Of a DNA stretch of 64,000 nucleotides, positions 23,490-32,169 are shown piece after piece. The notes beneath the pieces were generated by a model. It saw only the letters and a list, made by a program, of their open reading frames with translations. It searched no databases and was not told the origin of the DNA. Every line of letters starts with the position of its first letter. Position 1 is the first letter of the stretch. The position numbers were made by a program, and so were the translations under genes. Origin of the DNA: an uncultured Gemmiger sp. (GTDB taxonomy: Bacteria; Bacillota; Clostridia; Oscillospirales; Ruminococcaceae); contig CALXHP010000005.1 in NCBI GenBank assembly GCA_944388135.1, positions 2,812 to 66,811 on the forward strand. Reading direction: 5' to 3'.

Positions 23490-23990
23490 TTACGGCGTCT
23501 GTTCGTCGGGGGCGGACGCTTCCCGCCGGAACTGCCGCCAGCAGCTGACCGCGCACACCACATCGGAGAAAAACATGCAGTGCAGCAGGATCAGGAAGCT
23601 GCGTTTTTCCCAGCTGAGGGTGCCCCGGCGGTAGGCCCACTGCAGGGCGCTGATGCCGTAGGCCGAGGTGGAAAGCAGCAGCGTATAGGCAAAGACAAAA
23701 AGCATGGGCAGCAGGGGCAGTACCAGCAGGTTCAGGACCACCACCAGCAGCAAAACGGCCAGGAAGATGGGCAGCTGGCATAGTTTGAGCACCATGTTCC
23801 AGAAGAGAAGGTCCGCCTCCCGGCCGCCCCACCGGGGCAGCAGAAAGGCATAGATCATGTTGGGCAGTTCCACCAGCAGAAAGAACACCAGCCAGATATC
23901 CAGCACCGTGTCGGTGATGCCGTGGACCACCGCCAGCCCGGCGAACAGGTAGGACAGGACCAGCAGGGTCACCACGGGGATTTTTTTCAT
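23490..23990 (-). CDS. Hypothetical membrane protein
   Basis: About 166 aa with 4-5 hydrophobic segments. AGGAGGG RBS before MKKIPVV. Confidence 0.7.
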   Translation of the reverse strand: MKKIPVVTLLVLSYLFAGLAVVHGITDTVLDIWLVFFLLVELPNMIYAFLLPRWGGREADLLFWNMVLKLCQLPIFLAVLLLVVVLNLLVLPLLPMLFVFAYTLLLSTSAYGISALQWAYRRGTLSWEKRSFLILLHCMFFSDVVCAVSCWRQFRREASAPDEQTP

Positions 23991-24060
23991 AGGGTCCCTC
24001 CTTATGGGATATAGCAAGGTCCCCGCACCCGGCAACGGGGACGGGGACCGGAACAGTCCG

Positions 24061-24756
24061 TTACAGCTGGCCGTAGTAGGCACCGGGGCCATGCTTGCGA
24101 TGGTAGTGCTTGTCCTGGAGATACCGGGGTGCCGGGGCGGCGTCGGGGTCGATCTGCCGGGTCAGGATGGCCATCCGGGCCACCTCCTCCAGGATGACGG
24201 CGTTTTCCACCGCTTCGGCGGCGTCCTGCCCCCAGGTGAAGGGCCCGTGGCAGGCACACAGTACCCCGGGTACCGCCATGGGGTCCCAGCCCCCCTCCCG
24301 GAAGGTTTCCACGATGACGGTACCAGTGTGTTTTTCGTAGTCCTGCTCCACCTCCCCGGCAGTGAGCAGCCGGGTGCAGGGCACCGCACCGTAGAAGGTA
24401 TCCGCGTGGGTGGTGCCGTAGCAGGGCAGGTCCCGCCCGGTCTGGGCCCAGGCCGTGGCATGGGTGCTGTGGGTGTGGACGATGCCCCCCACCCCCGGGA
24501 AGGCCTTGTACAATTCCAGGTGGGTGGCCGTGTCGCTGGAGGGGCGCAGCGTTCCCTCGGCCACATGGCCCTCCAGGTCCACCACCACCAGGTTTTCCGG
24601 CGTAAGGTCGTCATATTCCACCCCGGAGGGCTTGATGACCACCAGACCCGACGCCCGGTCGATGGCCGACACATTGCCCCAGGTCAGGGTCACCAGCCCC
24701 CGGCGGGGCAGTTCCCGATTGGCCGCCCAGACGCGGCGGCGCAGCTCTTCCAGCAT
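24061..24756 (-). CDS. araD: L-ribulose-5-phosphate 4-epimerase
   Basis: TWGNVS, IKPSG, PSSDTATH, HTHS, GTTHAD, HGPFTWG and HYHRKHGPGAYYGQ. Confidence 0.93.
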   Translation of the reverse strand: MLEELRRRVWAANRELPRRGLVTLTWGNVSAIDRASGLVVIKPSGVEYDDLTPENLVVVDLEGHVAEGTLRPSSDTATHLELYKAFPGVGGIVHTHSTHATAWAQTGRDLPCYGTTHADTFYGAVPCTRLLTAGEVEQDYEKHTGTVIVETFREGGWDPMAVPGVLCACHGPFTWGQDAAEAVENAVILEEVARMAILTRQIDPDAAPAPRYLQDKHYHRKHGPGAYYGQL

Positions 24757-24784
24757 AGATGGTTTCTCCTTTTTCAGGGGACGG

Positions 24785-26098
24785 TCACAGCGTCATATCC
24801 CCCACAAGCATACCGCCTGCGGTGTCGATGGCATAGACCGTGTATTTGCGGTTTTCCCCCTGGGGGGTCAGCCGCAGCCCGCCCTGGTCCGGCTCCACAA
24901 AATGGAAGGTCCGGTGGGCCGTGGTGGCATGGGGATGGTCGTCCGGGGTGCTCCAGGCCAGAATGCCGCCGTTGGAACAGAAATCATCCCCCAGCAGGTG
25001 GAGCTCCCCGTTGCTGTACAACCGGTAGACGCCGGGGGCAGTCTCCCCCGCCGGGCGCACCCATACACTGCCCCGGCCGGGGCCGGTATGACCGTCCTCC
25101 GGGGTGCGCTGCCGCATCAACAGGGCCACATTGTCCCAGGCCACCAGGAAATCGTCCAGGGGCATCTCAGTCTCGGCGTCAAAATCCTTGTCACCGGCCC
25201 AGGGGTCACAAAGCAGCACCTTGGGGACGCCCCCTGTGGTGCTGAATCCCCGTACCGACACAAAACGCCGTTCCGGCAGACCGGCCGCCACCTGGGCCGG
25301 GGTGGATTCCAGCGCCACCACGGCACCGAATCCCTGGCGTACTTCCGCCCGCAGGGTGCCCAGGCCGCACCAGCAGGCCCAGGTGGGGAATCCCCAACAG
25401 CCCGCCGCAGCAGCAGCAAACCCCAGATTGCGGGGGTCGGCGCCGTCGGGGGCGCGCCAGTCCCGCAGTGCCTGGGCAAATTCCTCCGGCAGCAGGTCGG
25501 CCCCCCACCGGTTGGTCAGGCTCACCAGGCTGATGGCCAGATCCATCCAGGGGCGCAGCGCCTCGGCCCGGCGGCTCACCACATAGGGCATCAGGTGAAG
25601 GCTTCGGTTCACCGGCCGGCCCCGCTGGGGAATGACCCCCGTAGCCCGCACACTGACCCCCAGCAGCCGCACCGCCGGGGTGGCCTTTTCCTGCTTGGTA
25701 TACAGGTAGATCCGCAGCTGAGCCTGGGTGGCCCGCTTGCTTTCCAGCCGGAACATGTCCGCCCCCATATGCAGCGGACCCCGTTCCTGGGGCGGCATAC
25801 CCTCCCGCCGGAGGTAGGGGCTCCATTTGCCGAAACTGATCCAGGCGGTCCAGTTGCCGTCCACCAGCACCCGGGCCTGGGCCTCCACCGCAGTGCCCGG
25901 GGGCGAAACGGCATTCCAGCTCACCCACAGGGCATCAAACAGCGGCATGGGGATGGCCGCGCTGGTATAGCAGCCGTAGGGCACATAGCTGCCCTGGACC
26001 AGGTCCAGCACGATGCAGCCCCCGGCCACGGTCACATTGTCCAGCTCACCGCGCATGAAGGCTTCGGTGTCGCGCAGCAGCAGGGTATTTTTATCCAT
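24785..26098 (-). CDS. Peptidase C39-like family protein, apparently catalytically degenerate
   Basis: N-terminal domain with VSWNAVSPPGTAVEAQARV..WTAWISFGKW and QLRIYL..TPAVRLL. C-terminal domain with LLPEEFA, VSVRGF, VLLCDPW and FLVAW. The catalytic Cys and His positions appear substituted. Confidence 0.6.
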   Translation of the reverse strand: MDKNTLLLRDTEAFMRGELDNVTVAGGCIVLDLVQGSYVPYGCYTSAAIPMPLFDALWVSWNAVSPPGTAVEAQARVLVDGNWTAWISFGKWSPYLRREGMPPQERGPLHMGADMFRLESKRATQAQLRIYLYTKQEKATPAVRLLGVSVRATGVIPQRGRPVNRSLHLMPYVVSRRAEALRPWMDLAISLVSLTNRWGADLLPEEFAQALRDWRAPDGADPRNLGFAAAAAGCWGFPTWACWCGLGTLRAEVRQGFGAVVALESTPAQVAAGLPERRFVSVRGFSTTGGVPKVLLCDPWAGDKDFDAETEMPLDDFLVAWDNVALLMRQRTPEDGHTGPGRGSVWVRPAGETAPGVYRLYSNGELHLLGDDFCSNGGILAWSTPDDHPHATTAHRTFHFVEPDQGGLRLTPQGENRKYTVYAIDTAGGMLVGDMTL

Positions 26099-26253
26099 AC
26101 GGGTACCGTCCTCTCCCCTGTTCGGTGAATCTTTTCTTACATGATACCGATTTTGCACACGGTTTTCAAGGCTGTGTTAAAATAAGTTTACAAATACCGG
26201 GTCGATTTGTGGTATTATAAGAAGAACGCAAGTAAAAAGGAGTGGTCTTTCCT

Positions 26254-27009
26254 ATGGCATGGGTCACCAAAAGCAGTGACGAGCAATATACCCCCGAACC
26301 GGCACCTCGCGAATACACCAAACAGGAGAAAGCCGCCAACTGGTGGCATTACCATAAAGTGACCATCTTTGTGGTGCTGATCGTGATCGCGCTGATCGCC
26401 TGGGTTCTGCACGACACCCTGGATCAGGTCCAGCCCGACCTGCAGGTAGGGTACGTGGGCACCACCAGCCTGCCCGACGAAACGGTGGAAGCCCTGCAGA
26501 ATGCGCTGCTTCCCTACTGCACCGACCGCAACGGAGATGGTCAGGTGGTGGTGGAAGTCAGCCAGTACAACGTGGATTTTGCCACCAGCGATATGGGTGA
26601 GGACCCTTACACCCAGATTGCCGGTACCACCCAGCTGACCGCCGAATTGGCCGCCGGCAGCGACACCTATCTGTTCCTGCTGCAGGACCCGGAGGGATTC
26701 CAGACCCAGACCCAGGTGCTGCAATATGTGGACGGCACCCTGCCCCCCGACGACGGCACGGCCAATGACTGGCAGCGGATGGTTTACCGCTGGTCGGACT
26801 GCCCGGTGCTGGCCGCCATGGACCTGGGGGAATACACCCAGAACTATGCCAGTGCCGAGACCGCCGGTTCCAACCAGGACCTGATGGCATCGCTGTACAT
26901 CGGCTGCCGGGGCAACTGGAACCAGGAGGTATCGGAATCCTACACCGAGAGTCTGGCCCTGTGGGATACGCTGACGCTGGGGGCTACCTCCCCGGCGGCT
27001 GCCTCGTGA
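26254..27009 (+). CDS. Membrane-anchored extracellular protein of the clostridial N(F/W)WxY(Y/H)K type
   Basis: EKAANWWHYHK followed by one TM and an acidic ectodomain (DRNGDGQV). AAGGAG RBS. Confidence 0.75.
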   Translation: MAWVTKSSDEQYTPEPAPREYTKQEKAANWWHYHKVTIFVVLIVIALIAWVLHDTLDQVQPDLQVGYVGTTSLPDETVEALQNALLPYCTDRNGDGQVVVEVSQYNVDFATSDMGEDPYTQIAGTTQLTAELAAGSDTYLFLLQDPEGFQTQTQVLQYVDGTLPPDDGTANDWQRMVYRWSDCPVLAAMDLGEYTQNYASAETAGSNQDLMASLYIGCRGNWNQEVSESYTESLALWDTLTLGATSPAAAS

Positions 27010-27200
27010 GGACGCTGCGGGCGGGGCCGCGGCTGCGGGCCTGGATGCGGAAACACCGCAAACCGGCCCCTTCCCCGGCGCCCAAAACCCCGCTGCCCGA
27101 CAATCCCTACCACCGCTGCTTTACCCAAAACCGCAGCTTTGAGGAGCTGGTCCGGCCTGCCCCGGCCAAAGACCCGCCCCCCGTGCCCGGCAAATCATAG
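27006..27200 (+). CDS. Possible small Pro/Arg-rich protein (64 aa)
   Basis: GTG start overlaps the upstream TGA (GTGA) and fills an otherwise empty gap. No family recognised. Confidence 0.35.
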   Translation: MRTLRAGPRLRAWMRKHRKPAPSPAPKTPLPDNPYHRCFTQNRSFEELVRPAPAKDPPPVPGKS

Positions 27201-27296
27201 TTTGCCTTTCGCCCGCCCTGTTTCGGCAGTTTTGGCGGGCGTTTTTTCATACAATGATCCCGTATTCACTTTTTACTTACAGAAGGGACCTATTGT

Positions 27297-27950
27297 ATGC
27301 TGCAAACTTTGGAACGAACCACCACCTTTGACGCCCGGACACTGACCCCCGAGGACGAGGGAGCCTTACGGGCTTTCTGCGGCGGGGAGGGGCTGCCTCA
27401 GCTGCCCCCCGACGCCCTGGGCCCGGCCCTGCACAGCGGGCAGATTTTCGGGGATTATGCCGGTCAGCCCGCCTTGCAGGCGGCGGCCGCCCTGCTGCCC
27501 CTCTATGCCGATATCCCGCTGCCCACCAGCCTGCGGGCGGCGGGATATGGCGCCGACGGTCAGGGGGCCGTCCTCACCCAGCCGCTGCTGGCCGAACACT
27601 ATACCCAGCTGCGGCGGTTCCTGCGCACCGCCCTGGGGGTGGCCACCGCCCGGTATGCCAGCTACCATGTCTGGGCCGTCCAGCCCCTGGACCCCGGGGA
27701 TCTGCCCGGGTGTGAGGACCTGTGCGCCCAGTATCTTTCCGCCGGGCTGACGCTGCGGGCGGTGCGCCCCATGGCGGAGGCCACCATGCTGATCTTTTCG
27801 GCCCGGGGGCTGCCCCACTGGCGGGAAGCCTACCGCCGCCTCCATCTGGCCGACCCGGCCCTGCCCCGGATGCTGGAACGGGGCTATGCGGTGGGGGATT
27901 TTGGCTGGGGTGCCGCAGGCATGGAACTGATCCTGCGTCCTGCCGATTGA
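27297..27950 (+). CDS. Hypothetical protein, possibly a degenerate GNAT fold
   Basis: 217 aa ORF with a GAAGGGA RBS, ending just before a terminator. Confidence 0.65.
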   Translation: MLQTLERTTTFDARTLTPEDEGALRAFCGGEGLPQLPPDALGPALHSGQIFGDYAGQPALQAAAALLPLYADIPLPTSLRAAGYGADGQGAVLTQPLLAEHYTQLRRFLRTALGVATARYASYHVWAVQPLDPGDLPGCEDLCAQYLSAGLTLRAVRPMAEATMLIFSARGLPHWREAYRRLHLADPALPRMLERGYAVGDFGWGAAGMELILRPAD

Positions 27951-27956
27951 CAGAGC

Positions 27957-27989
27957 AAAGCCCCCGCGGCGCTGGCCGCGGGGGCTTTT
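27957..27989. terminator. Bidirectional terminator
   Basis: AAAGCCCCCGCGGC-GCTG-GCCGCGGGGGCTTTT between convergent genes. Confidence 0.8.
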
Positions 27990-27992
27990 GGT

Positions 27993-28985
27993 TCATTCTT
28001 CGCAAATCCGGTCGATCTCGGCCAGTTCCTCCTCGGTGAAGGCGGTGTTTTCCGTCGCCTTGATGTTGTCCAGGATCTGTTCCGGCCGGGAGGCCCCGAT
28101 GAGCACGCTGGTGACCACCGGCTGGGCCAGCAGCCAGGCCAGGGCCATCTCCGCCAGGGTCTGGCCCCGGCGGGCGGCCACCTGGTCCAGCGCCTGAATT
28201 TTGGCGATGACCTCGGGGGTGATGTCCTTTTCTTTCAGGTATCGGCCGTCGGTGCGGATGCGGCTGTCCGCCGGGATGCCGTGGAGATACCGGTCGGTGA
28301 GGCGTCCCTGGGCCAGGGGGCTGAAGGTGATGAGGCCCCTGCCCACCTTGCCCACGCTCTCTTTCAGGCCGTTTTCCTCAATTTTACGGTCAAAGAGGGA
28401 ATACCGGTTCTGGCAGATCACAAAGGGGCAGTGCAGCTCGTCGAGAATCGCCGCCGCCTTTTCCAGGGTGGGGCCGTCGTAGTTGGAAAGCCCCACATAC
28501 AGCGCCTTGCCGCTGCGCACCGCCTGGGCCAGGGCTTCCATGGTTTCCTCCAGCGGGGTGGCAGGGTCCATCCGGTGGTGGTAGAAGATATCCACGTAGT
28601 CCAGGCCCATCCGCCGCAGGCTCTGGTCCAGCCCGGCCAGCAGATGTTTCCGGCTGCCCCAGTCCCCGTAGGGGCCCGGCCACATGAGGTAGCCCGCCTT
28701 GGTGGAGAGGATCAGTTCGTCCCGGTGGGTGCGGAAATCCTCCCGCAGGATGCGGCCGAAGTTCCGTTCGGCGGCGCCGGGGGCGGGACCGTAGTTGTCG
28801 GCCAGATCAAAGTGGGTAATGCCGTGGTCGAAGGCGGTGCGGCAGAGGGCGCGCATATTCTCGTAGGGGGCGGTGTCCCCGAAGTTGTGCCACAGCCCCA
28901 GGGAGACGGCGGGCAGCAGCAGGCCGCTGCGCCCGCAGCGGTGATAGGTCATGGTTTCGTAACGGTGGGGGTCTGCCTGATACAT
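27993..28985 (-). CDS. Aldo/keto reductase (L-glyceraldehyde-3-phosphate reductase, YghZ-like)
   Basis: SLGLWHNFG, HFDLADNYGP, STKAGY.MWPGPYGDWGSRK, YHHR and FSPLAQG. Confidence 0.92.
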   Translation of the reverse strand: MYQADPHRYETMTYHRCGRSGLLLPAVSLGLWHNFGDTAPYENMRALCRTAFDHGITHFDLADNYGPAPGAAERNFGRILREDFRTHRDELILSTKAGYLMWPGPYGDWGSRKHLLAGLDQSLRRMGLDYVDIFYHHRMDPATPLEETMEALAQAVRSGKALYVGLSNYDGPTLEKAAAILDELHCPFVICQNRYSLFDRKIEENGLKESVGKVGRGLITFSPLAQGRLTDRYLHGIPADSRIRTDGRYLKEKDITPEVIAKIQALDQVAARRGQTLAEMALAWLLAQPVVTSVLIGASRPEQILDNIKATENTAFTEEELAEIDRICEE

Positions 28986-29058
28986 GGTGGGTCCCTCCTG
29001 TGCGGTTTTTCCCCATTGTACCCGATGCCCGACGGGCGGTCAAGGGGCGGGTGTCTCT

Positions 29059-29178
29059 GTTCTTTTCTTGCAAGAAAAGAACCAAAAGAACTCTAATTAA
29101 AAATTCTCCGCAGGGATTTATCCCTGCGGAGAATTTTTGTTTGGAATTTCTTCGGTTCCTTCTTTGCAAAGAAGGAAC
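29059..29178. repeat. Nested palindromic REP/REPIN-like element
   Basis: Perfect 24-bp palindromes at 29059-29082 (GTTCTTTTCTTGCAAGAAAAGAAC) and 29155-29178 (GTTCCTTCTTTGCAAAGAAGGAAC) flank a hairpin with 19-bp arms at 29099-29138. Confidence 0.85.
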
Positions 29179-29189
29179 ACACACAGCCG

Positions 29190-30101
29190 TCATTTGCCGG
29201 CCAGCAGAATGGCCAGGACGGCTTTTTCCACATGGAGGCGGTTTTCCGCCTCATCGAAGATTTCCTTGGCGTGCTGTTCAAACACATCGGTGGCGATCTC
29301 TTCGCCCCGGCGTGCGGGCAGCGGATGCTGCACCATACAATCCGGCTTGGCCAGGGCCATCCGGGCATCGTCCAGAGTAAAGCCGGTGAAATCCCGGTAC
29401 CGGCGCTCCATCTCCCGTTCCATGCCCATGCTCACCCACACATCGGTGAAAAGCACATCGGCATCCCGGGCAGCCTCGTCGGGGTCATGGACCAGCTTAA
29501 AGGCATCGCCGTAGGCCTTGGCCTGCATCAGCACATCGGCGGCGGGTCGGTAGCCCTTGGGGCAGGCCACCGTGACCTGCATGCCCACGGCCAGGCATCC
29601 CACGATCAGGCTGTTGGCCATGTTGTAGCCGTCCCCGATAAAGCCCATCCGCAGCCCTTCCAGTTTGCCCTTGTACTCCCGCACAGTCATCAGGTCGGTG
29701 AGCACCTGCAAGGGATGGGCGTAGTCGGTCATGCCGGAGACCACCGGCACCCCGCTGTACTGGGCCAGGGCGTCCAGGTCGGTCTGCTTGTAGGTGCGGC
29801 AGACAATGGCGTCATAGTACCGGCCCAGCACCCGGGCGGTGTCCTGGATGGGCTCGCCCCTGGCGGTCTGCAGATCGTTGGCACTCAGGTAGGTGCCCAG
29901 CCCCCCCATCTGGTAGATGCCCACCTCCAGGCTGGTGCGGGTACGGGTGGAATGTTTGGCGAACATCAGCGCCACGGCCTTGCCTTGCAGATCCTTGGGG
30001 TCCTCCCCTTGCTTGTGCAGCCGCTTGTATTCATCGGCCACATCCAGGATGTGCAGGATCTCGGCGCGGGTCAGTCCGCCCAATTTCAACAGATGTTTCA
30101 T
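29190..30101 (-). CDS. argF: Ornithine carbamoyltransferase
   Basis: STRTR, HPLQ, DVWVSMG and EAENRLH. Last gene of the arg operon. Confidence 0.92.
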   Translation of the reverse strand: MKHLLKLGGLTRAEILHILDVADEYKRLHKQGEDPKDLQGKAVALMFAKHSTRTRTSLEVGIYQMGGLGTYLSANDLQTARGEPIQDTARVLGRYYDAIVCRTYKQTDLDALAQYSGVPVVSGMTDYAHPLQVLTDLMTVREYKGKLEGLRMGFIGDGYNMANSLIVGCLAVGMQVTVACPKGYRPAADVLMQAKAYGDAFKLVHDPDEAARDADVLFTDVWVSMGMEREMERRYRDFTGFTLDDARMALAKPDCMVQHPLPARRGEEIATDVFEQHAKEIFDEAENRLHVEKAVLAILLAGK

Positions 30102-31279
30102 CAGATCTTCTCCAACACGGCGCGCAGGATGGCAAGGGCGTTGTCCACGTCCTCCTGCGTGAGAATCAGCGGCGGCAGCAGACGCAGGCGGGTCTTGGCG
30201 GTAAGCACCAGCAGGCCCTCCTGCTCACAGGCGGTGCGCACGGCGGCGGCGCTGATGCCCTCCTCGAAGGCAATGCCCACCATCAGGCCCAGACCGCTCA
30301 CGTCGGTGACATGGGGCAGTTTTTTGAGTTCTGCCCGCAGATAGCCTGCCAGGGCGTTGTCCCGGGCCAGCAGCTCGTCGGTAAGCTGCTCCATCACCGC
30401 CAGGGCACCGGCGCAGACCACCGGGTTGCCGCCGAAGGTGGAACCGTGGCTGCCGGGGCCCATATGGTCGGCCACCTTTTGGGTCATCATCACGGCGCCG
30501 ATGGGCAGACCGCCGCCAAGGCCTTTGGCCAGGGTGACGATGTCGGGGTGCAGGTCGAACTGCTCACAGGCCAGGAAGGTGCCGGTGCGGCCCACGCCGG
30601 TCTGGACTTCGTCCACCAGCAGCAGGATGTCCCGCTCCTTGCAGAAGGCAGCCACTTTGGCCACATATTCCTTGTCCAGGGCGACCACGCCGCCCTCCCC
30701 CTGCACCAGTTCCAGCAGAACGGCACAGGTGTCGCCGTCGGCGGCCTTTTCCAGGGCGGCAAAGTCCCCCGCCGGAACGTAGCCGAACCGCTCGGGGAAG
30801 GGTCCGAAATCATGATGGAAGACCTCCTGGCCGGTGGCGGTGAGGGTGGCCAGGGTGCGGCCATGGAAGGAGTTCACCAGGGTGAGGACCCGGTTCCGGT
30901 TGGGGCCGTAGGTATCCACGCTGTATTTCCGGGCCGCCTTGATGGCACCCTCGTTGGCCTCGGCGCCGGAGTTGCCGAAGAACACCGCGTCCAGCCCGGT
31001 GCGGCGGCAGAGTTCCTCCGCCAGGGCGCCGCAGGGCTCGGTGTAGTAGAGGTTGGAGGTATGCTGCAGCTTGCCCGCCTGGGCGGTGACGGCCGCCACC
31101 CAGGCCGGGCGGCAGAAGCCCAAAGAATTGACGCCGATGCCCGAGGTGAAGTCCAGGTACCGCTTGCCCTCGGCGTCGGTGGCGTACATACCCTCCCCGC
31201 TGACCAGGGCCACCTGGCTGCGGGCATAGGTGTGCAGGACGTAACCGTCGTCCCGCTGAATGATGGACTGCGTATTCAT
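30101..31279 (-). CDS. argD: Acetylornithine aminotransferase
   Basis: NSGAEANE, SFHGRT, DEVQTG.GRTG, TLAKGLGGG and HGSTFGGNP. Confidence 0.95.
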   Translation of the reverse strand: MNTQSIIQRDDGYVLHTYARSQVALVSGEGMYATDAEGKRYLDFTSGIGVNSLGFCRPAWVAAVTAQAGKLQHTSNLYYTEPCGALAEELCRRTGLDAVFFGNSGAEANEGAIKAARKYSVDTYGPNRNRVLTLVNSFHGRTLATLTATGQEVFHHDFGPFPERFGYVPAGDFAALEKAADGDTCAVLLELVQGEGGVVALDKEYVAKVAAFCKERDILLLVDEVQTGVGRTGTFLACEQFDLHPDIVTLAKGLGGGLPIGAVMMTQKVADHMGPGSHGSTFGGNPVVCAGALAVMEQLTDELLARDNALAGYLRAELKKLPHVTDVSGLGLMVGIAFEEGISAAAVRTACEQEGLLVLTAKTRLRLLPPLILTQEDVDNALAILRAVLEKI

Positions 31280-31294
31280 GACAGGTACCTCCCT

Positions 31295-32149
31295 TTACCG
31301 GTTGCCGCGGCGGTAGAACATGGTGCCGGCGCCGCGGTCGGAGAACATTTCCAGCAAGATGGAATGGGGCACCCGGCCGTCGATGATGACCGCCTCGTGG
31401 ACGCCCTTGTAGATGGCCTCGGCCATGCCCTCGATCTTGGGCAGCATGCCCCCGGCGATGACCCCCGCCTGTTTGTAGCCTTCGATCTCCGAGACTTCCA
31501 CCTCGGGGATGAGGGTGGATTCGTCGTCCTTGTCGTAGAGCAGACCCACGATGTCGGTCATGCTCACCAGCTTTTCGGCGTGGAGGGCGATGGCGATTTC
31601 GGCGGCAGCGGTATCGGCGTTGATGTTGTAGGGGATGCCGTTGCTGTCCATGCCCACCGTGGCGATCACCGGGATGAAGCTGTCCGCCAGCAGATGGTCG
31701 ATCAGGGTGGTGTCCACCCGCTCGATCTCGCCCACATAGCCCAGGTCCATGTCTGCCTTGCGGGAACAGGTGATCATATGGCCGTCCATGCCGCAGAGTC
31801 CCACGCCACGGCCCTTCAGCAGGGCCACCAGGTCCTTGTTCACCTGGCCTGCCAGCACCTGCTGGACGATGCCCATGGTCTCCTTGTCGGTGTAGCGCAG
31901 GCCGCCCACAAACTTGGACTCCTTGCCCACCTTTTTCAGCATCTGATTGATGGCCGGGCCGCCGCCGTGGACCAGCACCACCCGCACGCCCAGCAGCGTC
32001 AGGGTGACCAGGTCGTTCATGACGGCCAGTTTCAGCTCATCGTTGACCATGGCGTTGCCGCCGTATTTGATCACCAGCGTTTTGCCGTGGTATTTCTGGA
32101 TATAGGGCGTTGCTTCGCTGAAAAGCAGCGCCATCTGTTCGTTTTTCAT
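31295..32149 (-). CDS. argB: Acetylglutamate kinase
   Basis: VIKYGGNAM, VHGGGP, GLRYTD, YNINAD and GGMLPK. Confidence 0.95.
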   Translation of the reverse strand: MKNEQMALLFSEATPYIQKYHGKTLVIKYGGNAMVNDELKLAVMNDLVTLTLLGVRVVLVHGGGPAINQMLKKVGKESKFVGGLRYTDKETMGIVQQVLAGQVNKDLVALLKGRGVGLCGMDGHMITCSRKADMDLGYVGEIERVDTTLIDHLLADSFIPVIATVGMDSNGIPYNINADTAAAEIAIALHAEKLVSMTDIVGLLYDKDDESTLIPEVEVSEIEGYKQAGVIAGGMLPKIEGMAEAIYKGVHEAVIIDGRVPHSILLEMFSDRGAGTMFYRRGNR

Positions 32150-32169
32150 CGCCGTGTCCCCCTCGCTTC

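Noticed and set aside
29059-29178. Palindromic repeats as a CRISPR array
   Set aside because: Only two non-identical inverted units plus one distant copy. No regularly spaced direct repeats with unique spacers and no cas genes.
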